This document shows positions 20,589 through 30,782 of a stretch of DNA of 64,000 bases, piece by piece. The notes below the pieces were generated by a model that worked only from the letters and a program-made list of their open reading frames with translations, searched no databases and was not told where the DNA came from. Made by a program: the position numbers and the translations under genes. The DNA comes from a virus (lineage: Duplodnaviria; Heunggongvirae; Uroviricota; Caudoviricetes): the IMG/VR virus record IMGVR_UViG_2878528002_000001, positions 34,473 through 98,472 of that record; one strand, written 5' to 3'. Each line of letters begins with the position of its first letter. Position 1 is the stretch's first letter.

Positions 20589-20903
20589 TCACACTTCTTT
20601 GAATGCCGGAAGTGGTTTAAATACAAGTTTGTAATGTTCTGGTTTCTCCCAAGCAACACCATTTGCTACGCCAGATCTTGCGCCAACTTTAACTTTTTTA
20701 AATCCGCCGAGTCCTGGCAGTGGGAGTTTATCCTTTTCATCCAGTGCAGGAAGTTCATCACATACCATTTCTACATAAGAATCAAGAATGAGTTCAACCT
20801 GTGCTTTGGTAATTGGTTTCGGTTTATTCTCTTCGTCGTACTGCGCCAGATATTTCTCATTTACTCTGGCGGCAACTGCTTTAATCATTTCTACTTTTGT
20901 CAT
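20589..20903 (-). CDS. HU-like DNA-binding protein (YonN-like)
   Basis: MTKVEMIKAVAA...ITKAQVELILDS...LPGLGGFK...ARSG...PEHYKLVFKP is an HU/IHF signature. Confidence 0.85.
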   Translation of the reverse strand: MTKVEMIKAVAARVNEKYLAQYDEENKPKPITKAQVELILDSYVEMVCDELPALDEKDKLPLPGLGGFKKVKVGARSGVANGVAWEKPEHYKLVFKPLPAFKEV

Positions 20904-20924
20904 TTAACTATTTCCCCTATATCT

Positions 20925-20958
20925 CTAAAATAGAGACATCTAAAAATAGATGTCTCTG
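20925..20958 (-). terminator. Intrinsic terminator
   Basis: AGAGACATCTA-N4-TAGATGTCTCT followed by ATTTT on the minus strand. Confidence 0.6.
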
Positions 20959-20960
20959 TA

Positions 20961-22175
20961 CTAATTAACTTTTAATTTATGTTCGCAAGTCAGACCTTTA
21001 AGTTGATCAAACTCGTATAAAGAAGCCCCTGCGTTAGATGTCGCGAGTAACGACATTCCATAAGGATCTACTCCAATCATAGACCTAATAGAAAGAGCTT
21101 CTGCATTAATTCCCATTTCTTTAGAAACAAGATGATGGATATGTGCGCCAATAATGTATGAAATTGGTGTATCATAGGCGCGAGAGTAATCATTTAATGC
21201 CTTACCCAAATCTTTTACTTCGCCATGAATTCCAAGTACCTGATAAGTAGAAAACATACCGAAATTCATACCTGTAGGATTTTCGATGATTGTCACGTTT
21301 GGGTTATCCGCTAACTGATATTTAATCATAAGCATGATAACCTTACTCATATTTTCATCCGCGAATGCATTCTTCGGTGCGCCACAAAGTCTGAGCTGAT
21401 TATGATTACTATCCATAGTCATCTGGAATTTAACTCTTACATGCTTACTTAATGCGTTGATCCATTTTGCCAAGAAATCACCATATCTTGTGGCGGAGTC
21501 AATTACACCGTATCGAAGTTGCATAAGCTGAGAATTCAGACGCAGCAATCCTTGAATTCCATCACCAAGTTCCCATACGTTTAATTCTTTAATTCCACGG
21601 TCATGAATAATTTCGACAACCTGATTGTATAAATCCCACATACGATTTTCAAAAATTTCTGGGCTATATTCATTAATAATATTTCCGAAGAAATCCTTAA
21701 TGGAAAACTCAATTCCATAGTGGCAATCAGCCAGAGTCAATAAATATGATTTATTATTATGTACTGGCTTAATGTATTCCGGAACTTTTACAGGTGGAAG
21801 AGTAGCGATTGAACTACAAATCTTTTCTGTAATCATTTCATCACGAGCTTCTTCACGAAGCCACTTATTATACTCAAGTTTTTCAGTCTGAATTTTCTTA
21901 CGTTCTTTTTCAAGCTCGCGCTGGGCAAGTGTAATTTCCTGCAACTGGGCATTTGAATCCACGTATTTACTGCGATTCGCGGCAAGCATTTTGTCGAATG
22001 CCTGACGCTGTTTTCGGAATTTGGATTCTGTATATTCCGTACCGAGCAGTTCATTAAGAATATTCGCAACTTCCTGCCATGAACCGATTTTATCTTTCTC
22101 GCCCGTGATACGATAAATCAGTTCTTCATCACTTTCATTTTCAAATCTTCTATATGAAGTTATAATGTTCACCAC
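20961..22175 (-). CDS. Calcineurin-like metallophosphoesterase (YonJ-like)
   Basis: ADCHYG, LGDGIQG, SNHN, GIHG, GAHIHH motifs; N-terminal coiled coil. Confidence 0.8.
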   Translation of the reverse strand: MVNIITSYRRFENESDEELIYRITGEKDKIGSWQEVANILNELLGTEYTESKFRKQRQAFDKMLAANRSKYVDSNAQLQEITLAQRELEKERKKIQTEKLEYNKWLREEARDEMITEKICSSIATLPPVKVPEYIKPVHNNKSYLLTLADCHYGIEFSIKDFFGNIINEYSPEIFENRMWDLYNQVVEIIHDRGIKELNVWELGDGIQGLLRLNSQLMQLRYGVIDSATRYGDFLAKWINALSKHVRVKFQMTMDSNHNQLRLCGAPKNAFADENMSKVIMLMIKYQLADNPNVTIIENPTGMNFGMFSTYQVLGIHGEVKDLGKALNDYSRAYDTPISYIIGAHIHHLVSKEMGINAEALSIRSMIGVDPYGMSLLATSNAGASLYEFDQLKGLTCEHKLKVN

Positions 22176-22184
22176 CCAACCACA

Positions 22185-22394
22185 TTACTCATCTGCAAGA
22201 TTTTCTTTATCTTTAACAGTGATTGAGATTTCTACAATTGCACCTTCAAAATCCTGAAGTTCTGTAAGAAGTTCCTTTTCTTCAGTTCCATCCACAGTGA
22301 TGATTCCGGCTTCTGCATCGTATATACCAACCATCTTTTTAGTTGTAGTTGTGCTTTTTGTATAAGAATAACCATTTGATTTTTTATTTGCCAT
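22185..22394 (-). CDS. YonK-like protein
   Basis: 69 aa; ...ITVDGTEEKELLTELQDFEGAIVEISITVK; adjacent to the YonJ-like gene as in SPbeta. Confidence 0.6.
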   Translation of the reverse strand: MANKKSNGYSYTKSTTTTKKMVGIYDAEAGIITVDGTEEKELLTELQDFEGAIVEISITVKDKENLADE

Positions 22395-22436
22395 TCGACT
22401 AATTCTCCTTTAAATCTAATACTCAATTTTCTCTAC

Positions 22437-22467
22437 AAAAATAGGAGAGTGTTTAGCTCTCCTAAAA
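22437..22467 (-). terminator. Intrinsic terminator
   Basis: TAGGAGAG-N7-CTCTCCTA plus T-run on the minus strand. Confidence 0.6.
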
Positions 22468-23101
22468 TAATGCTTCGATGTTTTCTATAATTTTATCTGC
22501 GACACCATATTTGATAATCTCATTGGAATCTAACCACCAATTACGTCTGTAATTTTTGTCATATTCATTTTCCGGAATGTCTGTGTGATCGAGAATGAAT
22601 TTCTTTGTAAATTCCTCTGTCTTCCTTGTATATTCCAAATCGTCAAGTACCTTGCCGGTATCACCAAATGTTCCAGTGCTTCCATCATGAATAAGTGCTT
22701 CTGTTGTATTTAGAATATAACGATTTCCTTTCGGGATCCCCATTAAAAGAAGACCCCCCTGCGGAATAGCATTTACCCATGCCAATCGCATATACAGGTG
22801 TTTTTGATAAATTACATATAGTAATTAACTCCATGATGCTATTCAAAGAACCACCATTGCTATTGATGAAAATTTTGATTGGCTTTCTATCTTTTAAAGG
22901 AATATCTTTATCTTCACGATTCCACTGAATAATTTCCTGCGTCCATTCCACGGTTCCGTCATCAATATTCTGATTAATCAGAATCTCTCTGTTTTTAAGT
23001 CTTTTATAATAGTCCAAAAGAGAAGGATCTGGTAATTTTAAATTCGCCCAATCACCAATATCTTCCGTAACGTCAAAGAATTCTACATAATCTTTATTCA
23101 T
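22462..23101 (-). pseudogene. ClpP-like protease with +1 frameshift in a G6 run (22754-22759)
   Basis: INSNGGS, GKCYSAGG then LLLMG, LIHDGSTG; removing one G fuses the two track ORFs into 212 aa. Confidence 0.8.
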
Positions 23102-23130
23102 AGACTTATTTTCCTCGATTTTCGTAATAT

Positions 23131-24297
23131 TTACTCATTTGAGCATAATAAAAGAGAATCAGTTTTTTGATTCTCAAGATGTGTATTTCTGTAATTTGAA
23201 ATATATTCCTTTAATTGTTCATAATTATTATTAAACGTTGTATATGTATTATGAAAACTGCCAACAACATTTACCGAATGACATTCATGGCAAAGAGTTA
23301 TTCCATTGTTAATATGTGTCCTCAAACTTGGATAATCTGAAAAATTATATATATGATGAGCTTCAAGTCTGGTACCTCGTTTGCCACAGCATTGACATGT
23401 ATAGTTATCTCTTTCAAATACAGATTTCACCCATTGTTTATACTCTAAGCTATGCTGGATTTTATCGCGTTCTAGCGATATTCCACCTTTCCAATTAAAA
23501 TGCTTTTCATTTCGAGGCATCCTACACATTCGACAATTATTAGCATAATGTTTTAATCCATATAGCGATGTATTTTGAACCCCATAATATCTGTGTTTTT
23601 TGCAAATATATTCAACATTTGAATCACAATTATCAATATCATCAGTCAATAACTCATAATTTTTCTTTTGACAAATTTCCCTTACCTCATTAATGGTTGA
23701 TTGACTTTGCCTTTTTGAACTGTTTTCAGATATACATTTAGGACAGTTACAAGAATCTTTATCATCCAACGCCATAACAGTTGCTTTGAATTTAAAATCA
23801 TGTTTATTACATACAACTGAAACATTGGTTTTGAGAGTAATTTTCTTATTTTCATATAACTCTGGATCCGTCAATGTGTATCCCTTTTCTTTGCATAAAT
23901 TATTTAAAGAATCAATAGTATATTTCGTTGAACGTCCAATATTTCCATTTATTTGCTTTGCAATTTTAGCAGGATTTGTTGTACCATACTTCATCTTTTT
24001 TGTAATCAATGATTTTTTAGGCTGACATTCTTTGCACATATCAAACTTATTGTTTTTATGTGATCTATAATAATTTATTACTTTTCTGTCAAAAATCTTA
24101 CCACATCCATCGCATTTTATTTCCATCATTTGACTGCTTCCGTGAGGAATATCGTACCATTTTACATAAATTAATTGATAAGGAACAGTAATACGGTTTT
24201 TACTATCTAATTCTTTATGTATAATATAACCTTTATTTTCATAATGTTTATAATTTCCATGACATATTTTCACTTCTACATCTTCGTTTAATAACAT
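23131..24297 (-). CDS. HNH endonuclease with Zn-ribbon repeats
   Basis: C-terminal VFERDNYTCQCCG..LEAHHI...NGITLCHECH; upstream CxxC repeats. Confidence 0.85.
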   Translation of the reverse strand: MLLNEDVEVKICHGNYKHYENKGYIIHKELDSKNRITVPYQLIYVKWYDIPHGSSQMMEIKCDGCGKIFDRKVINYYRSHKNNKFDMCKECQPKKSLITKKMKYGTTNPAKIAKQINGNIGRSTKYTIDSLNNLCKEKGYTLTDPELYENKKITLKTNVSVVCNKHDFKFKATVMALDDKDSCNCPKCISENSSKRQSQSTINEVREICQKKNYELLTDDIDNCDSNVEYICKKHRYYGVQNTSLYGLKHYANNCRMCRMPRNEKHFNWKGGISLERDKIQHSLEYKQWVKSVFERDNYTCQCCGKRGTRLEAHHIYNFSDYPSLRTHINNGITLCHECHSVNVVGSFHNTYTTFNNNYEQLKEYISNYRNTHLENQKTDSLLLCSNE

Positions 24298-24338
24298 ATT
24301 TGAAATGTCCTTTCTTGCACTTTTTTACAAAACATAAT

Positions 24339-24506
24339 TTAGTGTTTCCAAACACTAGCCATATCATTTTTTAATTTATTTGTTTCTTCAAAAATAAAAA
24401 TAGTTTTATTATTATTCTTCTTATCTGGTTTTATATCATAAATAGGATTGCCTAATTTTAATAAATATCTTGCAACTCCTGGCGTAAATATTGATTTATA
24501 AGCCAA
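24339..24506 (-). CDS. Small DUF5659-like protein (55 aa)
   Basis: TTG start with GAGGA RBS; MAYKSIFTPGVARYLLKLGNPIYDIKPDKKN..KTIFIFEET. Confidence 0.65.
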   Translation of the reverse strand: MAYKSIFTPGVARYLLKLGNPIYDIKPDKKNNNKTIFIFEETNKLKNDMASVWKH

Positions 24507-24532
24507 TATTTTATCCTCTTTTCTGTTGATAT

Positions 24533-25966
24533 TTATAAGGTGATTTTTAGACTTGAATTAGAAATTACAACTCTAGTAGATTTACACATTTTTTCAAATT
24601 GCCTATCTGATTCCTTCTTCAAAGTTTCTTTTGCAGTTTTTGACCCATGATGTAATATAATTTTATTTGTATTGATACTTGTATACATATCGACAAGCTG
24701 CCAGAAGGGGGCATGCCCACTGAGTGATTTCAACGAGTATGATGCACATCTACAAGGATATTCCTTTTGATCAATCGTTATTGTTTTACGTTTGTTATCC
24801 TTCAATAATGATGCTAAACTTCCTTCTGTACTGAATCCCACAAGAAGTACTGTAGCATTCGAATCAGGAATACATCTTTTAAGATGATGTCTGATTCTGC
24901 CAGACTGACACATTCCAGAACTTGAAATAATCAGACATGACTCGTTGCTATCAACCAAATTTTTACTGTCTTCGGATTCCTTTATAAAAGTAAACATATT
25001 ACTTGCCATCATAGCATCGAAGTCAATTTTATCCTGTCCATCAAGACATTCTTCGTAGTCTTCAAAAATCTTAATCGTTAATGGGGAGTCAATATAAATT
25101 TTGGGTTTCCATTCAGAATCTTTATACATCTCATATAGCATAAGTGCTAATTGCTGGCTCCTGGACATAGAAAAACTTGGAATGATAACACGACCATGCA
25201 TTTCATGAATTTGTGTTTCTATAATAGATTTGAATTTATCCAAATCATTTTTTCGTTCTTTAATTCCAGTTTTAATATCAGGTCTGTCTCCATATGTACT
25301 TTCACCAATAACAACATCTGCATATTCGACCTGTTTATATTTGCCAACAAATCTATTACCAACAATTTTATTTCCTAAATCACCAGTAACGAGAAGTGTT
25401 TTTGTTGTTCCGTCAATTGTAAAATATAATTTTATTTGACAACTTCCGAGAATATGTCCTGCCGGAATTAGCTCAAATGCAAGTTCGTCATCTATTACAA
25501 TTTTTTGATTTACTGGTTTTTCAAGAGTATATTCCAACATCTTATATACGTCAGAAGCGGAATATAAAGGTTTGTAATTTTTATTATGCTGAGAATTAAT
25601 CACCAAAACATCGCGCTCATTGATGTAAGCAGAATCCAATATCATGTCTTTTAAAATTTGTTTTGAATTTTCGGATACAATAGTCGCGCCACGAAACCCA
25701 TCCCTATATAATTTAGGAATTAAACCGACATGATCAATATGATTATGAGTTACAAAAACAAAATCAATATCTTTTGCCTTGAATTCTTTGAATTTTCTAT
25801 TATTTACAAGATAATCTTCATATCTGTCATTTGTCTGATGCATTCCGCAATCTACCAAAATTCTGTGATTAAATGTCTCAATATAAATAAGACTCCCTGT
25901 TACATCCTCAGATGACGGAGAGTCTACAAAAGAAATTTTTACTCTGTTTTTCTTTTTTGCAGCGAT
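24533..25966 (-). CDS. beta-CASP / MBL-fold nuclease (CPSF3/Ysh1-like); probable ATC start
   Basis: THNHIDH, AGHILGS, TGDLG, GESTYG, SSSGMCQSGR, SGHA, LHHG motifs. The frame is open upstream of the track start (25858) to ATC 25966 behind AAGGTGG. Confidence 0.85.
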   Translation of the reverse strand: MAAKKKNRVKISFVDSPSSEDVTGSLIYIETFNHRILVDCGMHQTNDRYEDYLVNNRKFKEFKAKDIDFVFVTHNHIDHVGLIPKLYRDGFRGATIVSENSKQILKDMILDSAYINERDVLVINSQHNKNYKPLYSASDVYKMLEYTLEKPVNQKIVIDDELAFELIPAGHILGSCQIKLYFTIDGTTKTLLVTGDLGNKIVGNRFVGKYKQVEYADVVIGESTYGDRPDIKTGIKERKNDLDKFKSIIETQIHEMHGRVIIPSFSMSRSQQLALMLYEMYKDSEWKPKIYIDSPLTIKIFEDYEECLDGQDKIDFDAMMASNMFTFIKESEDSKNLVDSNESCLIISSSGMCQSGRIRHHLKRCIPDSNATVLLVGFSTEGSLASLLKDNKRKTITIDQKEYPCRCASYSLKSLSGHAPFWQLVDMYTSINTNKIILHHGSKTAKETLKKESDRQFEKMCKSTRVVISNSSLKITL

Positions 25967-25986
25967 GGTAGCGTACCACCTTTCTT

Positions 25987-26178
25987 TTAGATTTCGTGTC
26001 TTTTTGCACGAATAGCATTATAAGCTTTCATATTTTTGAAGCTTGTACATAGATAATATGTCTTTCTTTTATGAGAGCAACTATCTGTATGACTGATTCC
26101 ATAAGATCCGTATGGAATTCCGTATTCTTTATTCAAAGTTTTTGCATCTTCCTTTGAAATTTTTACCAAATTTTGCAC
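25987..26178 (-). CDS. Small hypothetical protein
   Basis: 63 aa; AAGGA RBS, GTG start. Confidence 0.55.
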   Translation of the reverse strand: MQNLVKISKEDAKTLNKEYGIPYGSYGISHTDSCSHKRKTYYLCTSFKNMKAYNAIRAKRHEI

Positions 26179-26212
26179 ATCCTTATTATTATATTTATCC
26201 GATTGGATAGAA

Positions 26213-26285
26213 TGGCGGGAGTAGGATTTGAACCCACGACTTCTGAATATGAATCAGACGAGCTACCGGACTGCTCTATCCCGCA
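26213..26285 (-). tRNA. trnM: tRNA-Met(CAT), initiator-like
   Basis: Cloverleaf with U1:C72 mismatch and A11:U24; anticodon stem TCTGA/TCAGA lacks the three G-C pairs. Confidence 0.9.
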
Positions 26286-26818
26286 AGACGATAGTGGCGA
26301 TACCACCGAAACAGCACCGCCACCACAAGAAAGGAGTTCTATGAATTTTAGAAGCATGTAAAAAACTGAGATGTCGTAATTTCAACCAATTTGTATTTGA
26401 CTACACATGTAATCACCATTTTAAATTAATAATATCCCGTAAGACGAGATCTTCTTTATCAGGAGAATCACTCCAAATTTATCTTTTAAGAAAGTCTTAT
26501 CACGAATCGTATAACGAAATAATGAGAGAGTAATGTAACAAATTGATGAAAGAACAAAATTTCAAGATTGCATTTATCGAAGTGCTTGTCATATTTTCAT
26601 ATACCCATAGCAAGGGGAACCATTTTGCTTTTTCCTAAAAAAAGTAAACTGTTAATAATATATGTAAACAAATATTAAGCATTAGTCTGCGTAATATACA
26701 CTTACGATTTTATGATATTTCTAGCATATCTGCTCCGCGGCATCATAGTTCATCCGTGGCTGAACCGATTGACAATCATTCAATCTCAGTCTTTTACATG
26801 CTCCCGAAGGAGCATTTA

Positions 26819-27433
26819 TTATTTAGTGGAAGTAATAATTTCTTCCAGCGTGTCGTTTACATCCCATTTTGGCGTAAACTCAACATCTGTTGTAAGCTCA
26901 ATAAGGTCTAATTTAGAAGAAATATTATCGCATTCTTTCTGAAGTTTCTTCGCAAGACCGCGCACATCATTACGATCAAAATCGATAGTAGTGGTTTCGA
27001 TTACTTCATATCTATAAGATGTCTGTTTACCATCTACATCAAATTTATAATCTGTGCCATATGTTTTTCTTTCAGAAGAATCCATTGCAGCAAGGCGTCG
27101 GAGATATCCAATATATTCCTGCTTGATTTTATTCAGCGAAATAGAAGAGTCGATGTCAATCTCCGTATTTCTTTTGGATGCAACAATCGCATCTGAAATT
27201 TTCTGTTTCTCTTTAATTGCATCTGCAATGAAGTTGATCACATTCATAGCATTAAAATCAGTAATTGGTTTATCTACTTTAACCGTCTCATCATCTGCGT
27301 CGGAATTTGCTTTCTTACGGTTATGTTCCTGAATTGTACTGGTGACAAAACTATTGTTTAATAGAAGTGCCTCTGCCTGTCCAATCATAGTGGATAAACA
27401 TTTCTGGTAACGATAAGCATCCTTTAAAATCAT
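26819..27433 (-). CDS. Hypothetical helical protein
   Basis: 204 aa; AAGGAG RBS. Confidence 0.65.
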   Translation of the reverse strand: MILKDAYRYQKCLSTMIGQAEALLLNNSFVTSTIQEHNRKKANSDADDETVKVDKPITDFNAMNVINFIADAIKEKQKISDAIVASKRNTEIDIDSSISLNKIKQEYIGYLRRLAAMDSSERKTYGTDYKFDVDGKQTSYRYEVIETTTIDFDRNDVRGLAKKLQKECDNISSKLDLIELTTDVEFTPKWDVNDTLEEIITSTK

Positions 27434-27453
27434 AAGCTCATTTCTCCTTTTGA

Positions 27454-27807
27454 CTAATTATAATATTTCATATTGTACAATTCTCTGATTTTCTTTTTAT
27501 AATCATCAGAAAATTTAGCTGTTGTTTTAAATATACGATCTGCACTAAGTTGTAAATTTGATTTAGATTGCTCCGGAAGTATTTTTCTCGAAGTTACTTT
27601 TAGTCCTGGAAAAATCTTTATAGTAACAGATTTATCTTCGTCACTAAATTTATCCTTTACAACATCGCCTAAAGTGTTCAAAACTTTCAGAACATCAGTA
27701 GTGGAGCAATTTATTTTATTTCCGATTTCACCAGCCAAATCAGATTGGCTAAAATATTTATCATCTATTCTAATAACGAAATCCTCCTCTGTAACAATCG
27801 TTACCAC
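27454..27807 (-). CDS. Second HU/IHF-like protein
   Basis: SQSDLAGEIGNKINCSTTDVLKVLNTL...IKIFPGLKV pattern; start uncertain. Confidence 0.55.
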   Translation of the reverse strand: MVTIVTEEDFVIRIDDKYFSQSDLAGEIGNKINCSTTDVLKVLNTLGDVVKDKFSDEDKSVTIKIFPGLKVTSRKILPEQSKSNLQLSADRIFKTTAKFSDDYKKKIRELYNMKYYN

Positions 27808-27897
27808 GGGAATAGGGTAGTAATCATATGAAAATAATAGACAGAAAACTACCCTCTCCTAAGTAACGTAAAAAACGCCCTCATATGAGTGGTGAAA

Positions 27898-30747
27898 TCA
27901 GGCTTCCATTTCCGAATTTACCTGTTTTTTTGTAATTTTATATGGAATATTGAACATTTCTATGTCATTTCCGTTCTCTTCAATTTGTAAAATTTCTTTT
28001 CTGGATTGAATGATTGCTTTATTAAAACTATCATTTCCACAAAGAAATAATACTTCCAAAAGCAAATTTTTGATTTGGGAATTTTCTTTATCTTCGATTG
28101 AAGACAATAGACGGTACAAAGTAGAGAATCCGATTGTTTCACTTTCGATATCGGCAATCAAACGTTCTCGCAGGATATTAACCTTTTCAGCTTTTTCTTT
28201 TGGTGTTCCTGAATCACTACCATAAATCTTTTTCCGTTCATTAATAAATTTCTTTAATATACTGTAAATCTTGTTAATCTGTTTTTGATTAACTCCAGAT
28301 GTGCGGAAAAGGGAATTATCAAGTATAGATACAAATGGTAGCCAATCTTTTTTATAAGAATTCTTTATTTTAAATCCATTGATAATTGTCTGCAAATAAT
28401 CCATGGATGTATGGTACTTGCAATAATGTTTCTTATCTGGATTGTAATATCCTTTTTGCTTTGATATATGAGAAAAGAAATGTGGCATCTTTTTCTTGCC
28501 TTTAATAAGATCACCATTTTCATTTTCTTCGTACTCTCTTAAAAACTCTTCGTATTTTTTCCGAAGTTTATCTAATTCCTTACCATTATCAATATCGAAT
28601 TCTTTCTTGGCTTTGTCAATCTCAATTCCAGACATTACATCTAATTGACAGATATCATAGTATAAATCCTTTATGTCATCATATGTTGAGCCATGATACA
28701 TACGATCCCATAGCAACGAATTTAATTCCTGTGAAAGATTTACAATTTCTCCAATTTTATTATCAGAAGTTTTGATATCCAAATCCGCCTGTTGCTCTGC
28801 TGTGTAATATCTTTTAATCTTACGGGCAGAAACAAAAGAAGTAGGAGTTTTAAATAAATGATAATTTCGTTTGGCAGCACGAATTAGCTTTTTGTTATCC
28901 GTAATCATTACCGTATCTGAGTCAAAATCAGCTCCAGATAGTCTCTGTAATACATTTTCTCCAATAGAGTTCAAACAGATAATCTCATCTGTCATGTTTA
29001 CATAACAGTCAATCAATTTATTTTCTGTGTTATATGGGAGCCAAATGTTCCCGATAGTAACATGAGGACTTCTACTAGCCAGTAAAGTCTGATTATATGC
29101 AAATCTCGTACTATGTATATTGCCAATGCCAATTTGACTTTTGCCATCAAACTTCCCAATTGCCTGTTGCAGCATTTCAATCGGATTTCCAAGAAGAGTA
29201 GAGTAATTGCCATTTACATATACATGTCCGTTTTTCAAATTCTTATAATAAGAACGTAATAAATCAACCAAAAAGTCATGGTAATACTTTGTTTTGGTAA
29301 AATTATCATTTACAGACATGAGAGAATATACAACATCATTTTTACTGGACATTGGACGTTCCATCAATTCAACATCATTTACATCAGGATATTTGATAAA
29401 ATGACGTACCACTTCTGGACGATCGCGAAGCATCTGCGCAAAATCAAGAGATTCTTGTAAAAATTCTCTAACCTCATCCTTTGACATCTGTAAAGTATTG
29501 ATAAGCTGATAATGTGTTTGAACCAATCTACCACCAAAGAAATGTGTCTTTTTATCATGCTTAACCACTCCAAAATTCGGATATAGATTATCCAACCAAC
29601 TATCCCATGTACTAAATTTTAAATATTTGATACTGTTAGGAGTGGTAATTAATTTTACGTCTTCTATTTTCGTAGCTCTAGTTTTACCATTCAACTGAGA
29701 AATGTCCGTAATGTTATTATCCTTAAACCATTGCTGAATATTGCAATTAAAACAACAAGACTTAAACATCAGATTTCTAAGAAGTACCATTCCGTATTCA
29801 GTATAATCACCAAACAAAGAAATATCCATAAGAGACTGACCGTCCCATATTGTATTTGTGATTTCACATTCTTTTTCAGAAGTCTTTAGCCAACCATTTT
29901 CATCATGAGTCTCAATAACTGTTTCTTCAAATGTACTATCAAAATCGTCTATTAAAAGAATATTTTCAGGTTTAATCGGAAGAGTGTCAATAATACTACT
30001 TGATGGAAGAGCGATATATCCTTCATAAGCAGCCAAATCAATTTCCTGACCTTCTTCAAGACGAATCGCGCCAGAACTAAAATTAAGAATCGGTTTAAAT
30101 AATGTTTCGTTTATAAAAAGACACTTGCCAACACGAGCTGAACCAGTAGATCTTTTCATGCGACAATATTTTGTTCCATTGCACACAAATCCATTTTTAT
30201 ATAATTCATTACGCAACTGTGAATTAGTTTTTAATACTTTTGGCGCACCTTTCATCTTATAAGTAATATATTTGCCATTTTTATCATTAACATATGTTGT
30301 CACAAATGGGCGGGATAATTTTTCGTTAATTTCTAAAATCGGCTCACCAATTTTAACACCAATAATATCTCCATCACTATTTTTAGCAATACAATCTTCA
30401 AATTCTAGATCTCTATAATCATATCCAAATTTGACAAACGTATTTTTGTTCATCTGGTTCCATTCTTTTACAGAATATTTGAATGTAAGATTTATTACTT
30501 GTGTGGAGTATTTATGCTTTTTAATTGTAAACATAAAATCATTACGGCGATATTGTTTATAATAAATATCCAATAATTCTATCAAATCGAGACTATAATC
30601 AAGTGTGTTGATGAATTTACGTAGATTATAATTTCCATCTTTTAATTTAAGATTATATCCTTCATCATTCCTACTATAATAATGAGATGCAAGATAAATA
30701 TCTTTTGCGTCTATACTTGGTATGTATACACCTGTATTATTTTCCAT
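27898..30747 (-). CDS. yonO: YonO-like single-subunit DNA-dependent RNA polymerase
   Basis: 949 aa; RSPHV and LQRLSGADFDSD (DxDxD) catalytic motif of the RdRP-like double-psi-barrel family; heads the late region as in SPbeta. Confidence 0.85.
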   Translation of the reverse strand: MENNTGVYIPSIDAKDIYLASHYYSRNDEGYNLKLKDGNYNLRKFINTLDYSLDLIELLDIYYKQYRRNDFMFTIKKHKYSTQVINLTFKYSVKEWNQMNKNTFVKFGYDYRDLEFEDCIAKNSDGDIIGVKIGEPILEINEKLSRPFVTTYVNDKNGKYITYKMKGAPKVLKTNSQLRNELYKNGFVCNGTKYCRMKRSTGSARVGKCLFINETLFKPILNFSSGAIRLEEGQEIDLAAYEGYIALPSSSIIDTLPIKPENILLIDDFDSTFEETVIETHDENGWLKTSEKECEITNTIWDGQSLMDISLFGDYTEYGMVLLRNLMFKSCCFNCNIQQWFKDNNITDISQLNGKTRATKIEDVKLITTPNSIKYLKFSTWDSWLDNLYPNFGVVKHDKKTHFFGGRLVQTHYQLINTLQMSKDEVREFLQESLDFAQMLRDRPEVVRHFIKYPDVNDVELMERPMSSKNDVVYSLMSVNDNFTKTKYYHDFLVDLLRSYYKNLKNGHVYVNGNYSTLLGNPIEMLQQAIGKFDGKSQIGIGNIHSTRFAYNQTLLASRSPHVTIGNIWLPYNTENKLIDCYVNMTDEIICLNSIGENVLQRLSGADFDSDTVMITDNKKLIRAAKRNYHLFKTPTSFVSARKIKRYYTAEQQADLDIKTSDNKIGEIVNLSQELNSLLWDRMYHGSTYDDIKDLYYDICQLDVMSGIEIDKAKKEFDIDNGKELDKLRKKYEEFLREYEENENGDLIKGKKKMPHFFSHISKQKGYYNPDKKHYCKYHTSMDYLQTIINGFKIKNSYKKDWLPFVSILDNSLFRTSGVNQKQINKIYSILKKFINERKKIYGSDSGTPKEKAEKVNILRERLIADIESETIGFSTLYRLLSSIEDKENSQIKNLLLEVLFLCGNDSFNKAIIQSRKEILQIEENGNDIEMFNIPYKITKKQVNSEMEA

Positions 30748-30782
30748 ATATACCTCTATTTTTCGATAATGCTATACTGATT

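Noticed and set aside
16330-26300. Theta/HDV-like ribozymes at tRNA 3' ends; GGGCAACA at ~17352 resembles the HDV core
   Set aside because: The required P1/P2/P3 nesting could not be built by eye at any of these sites.
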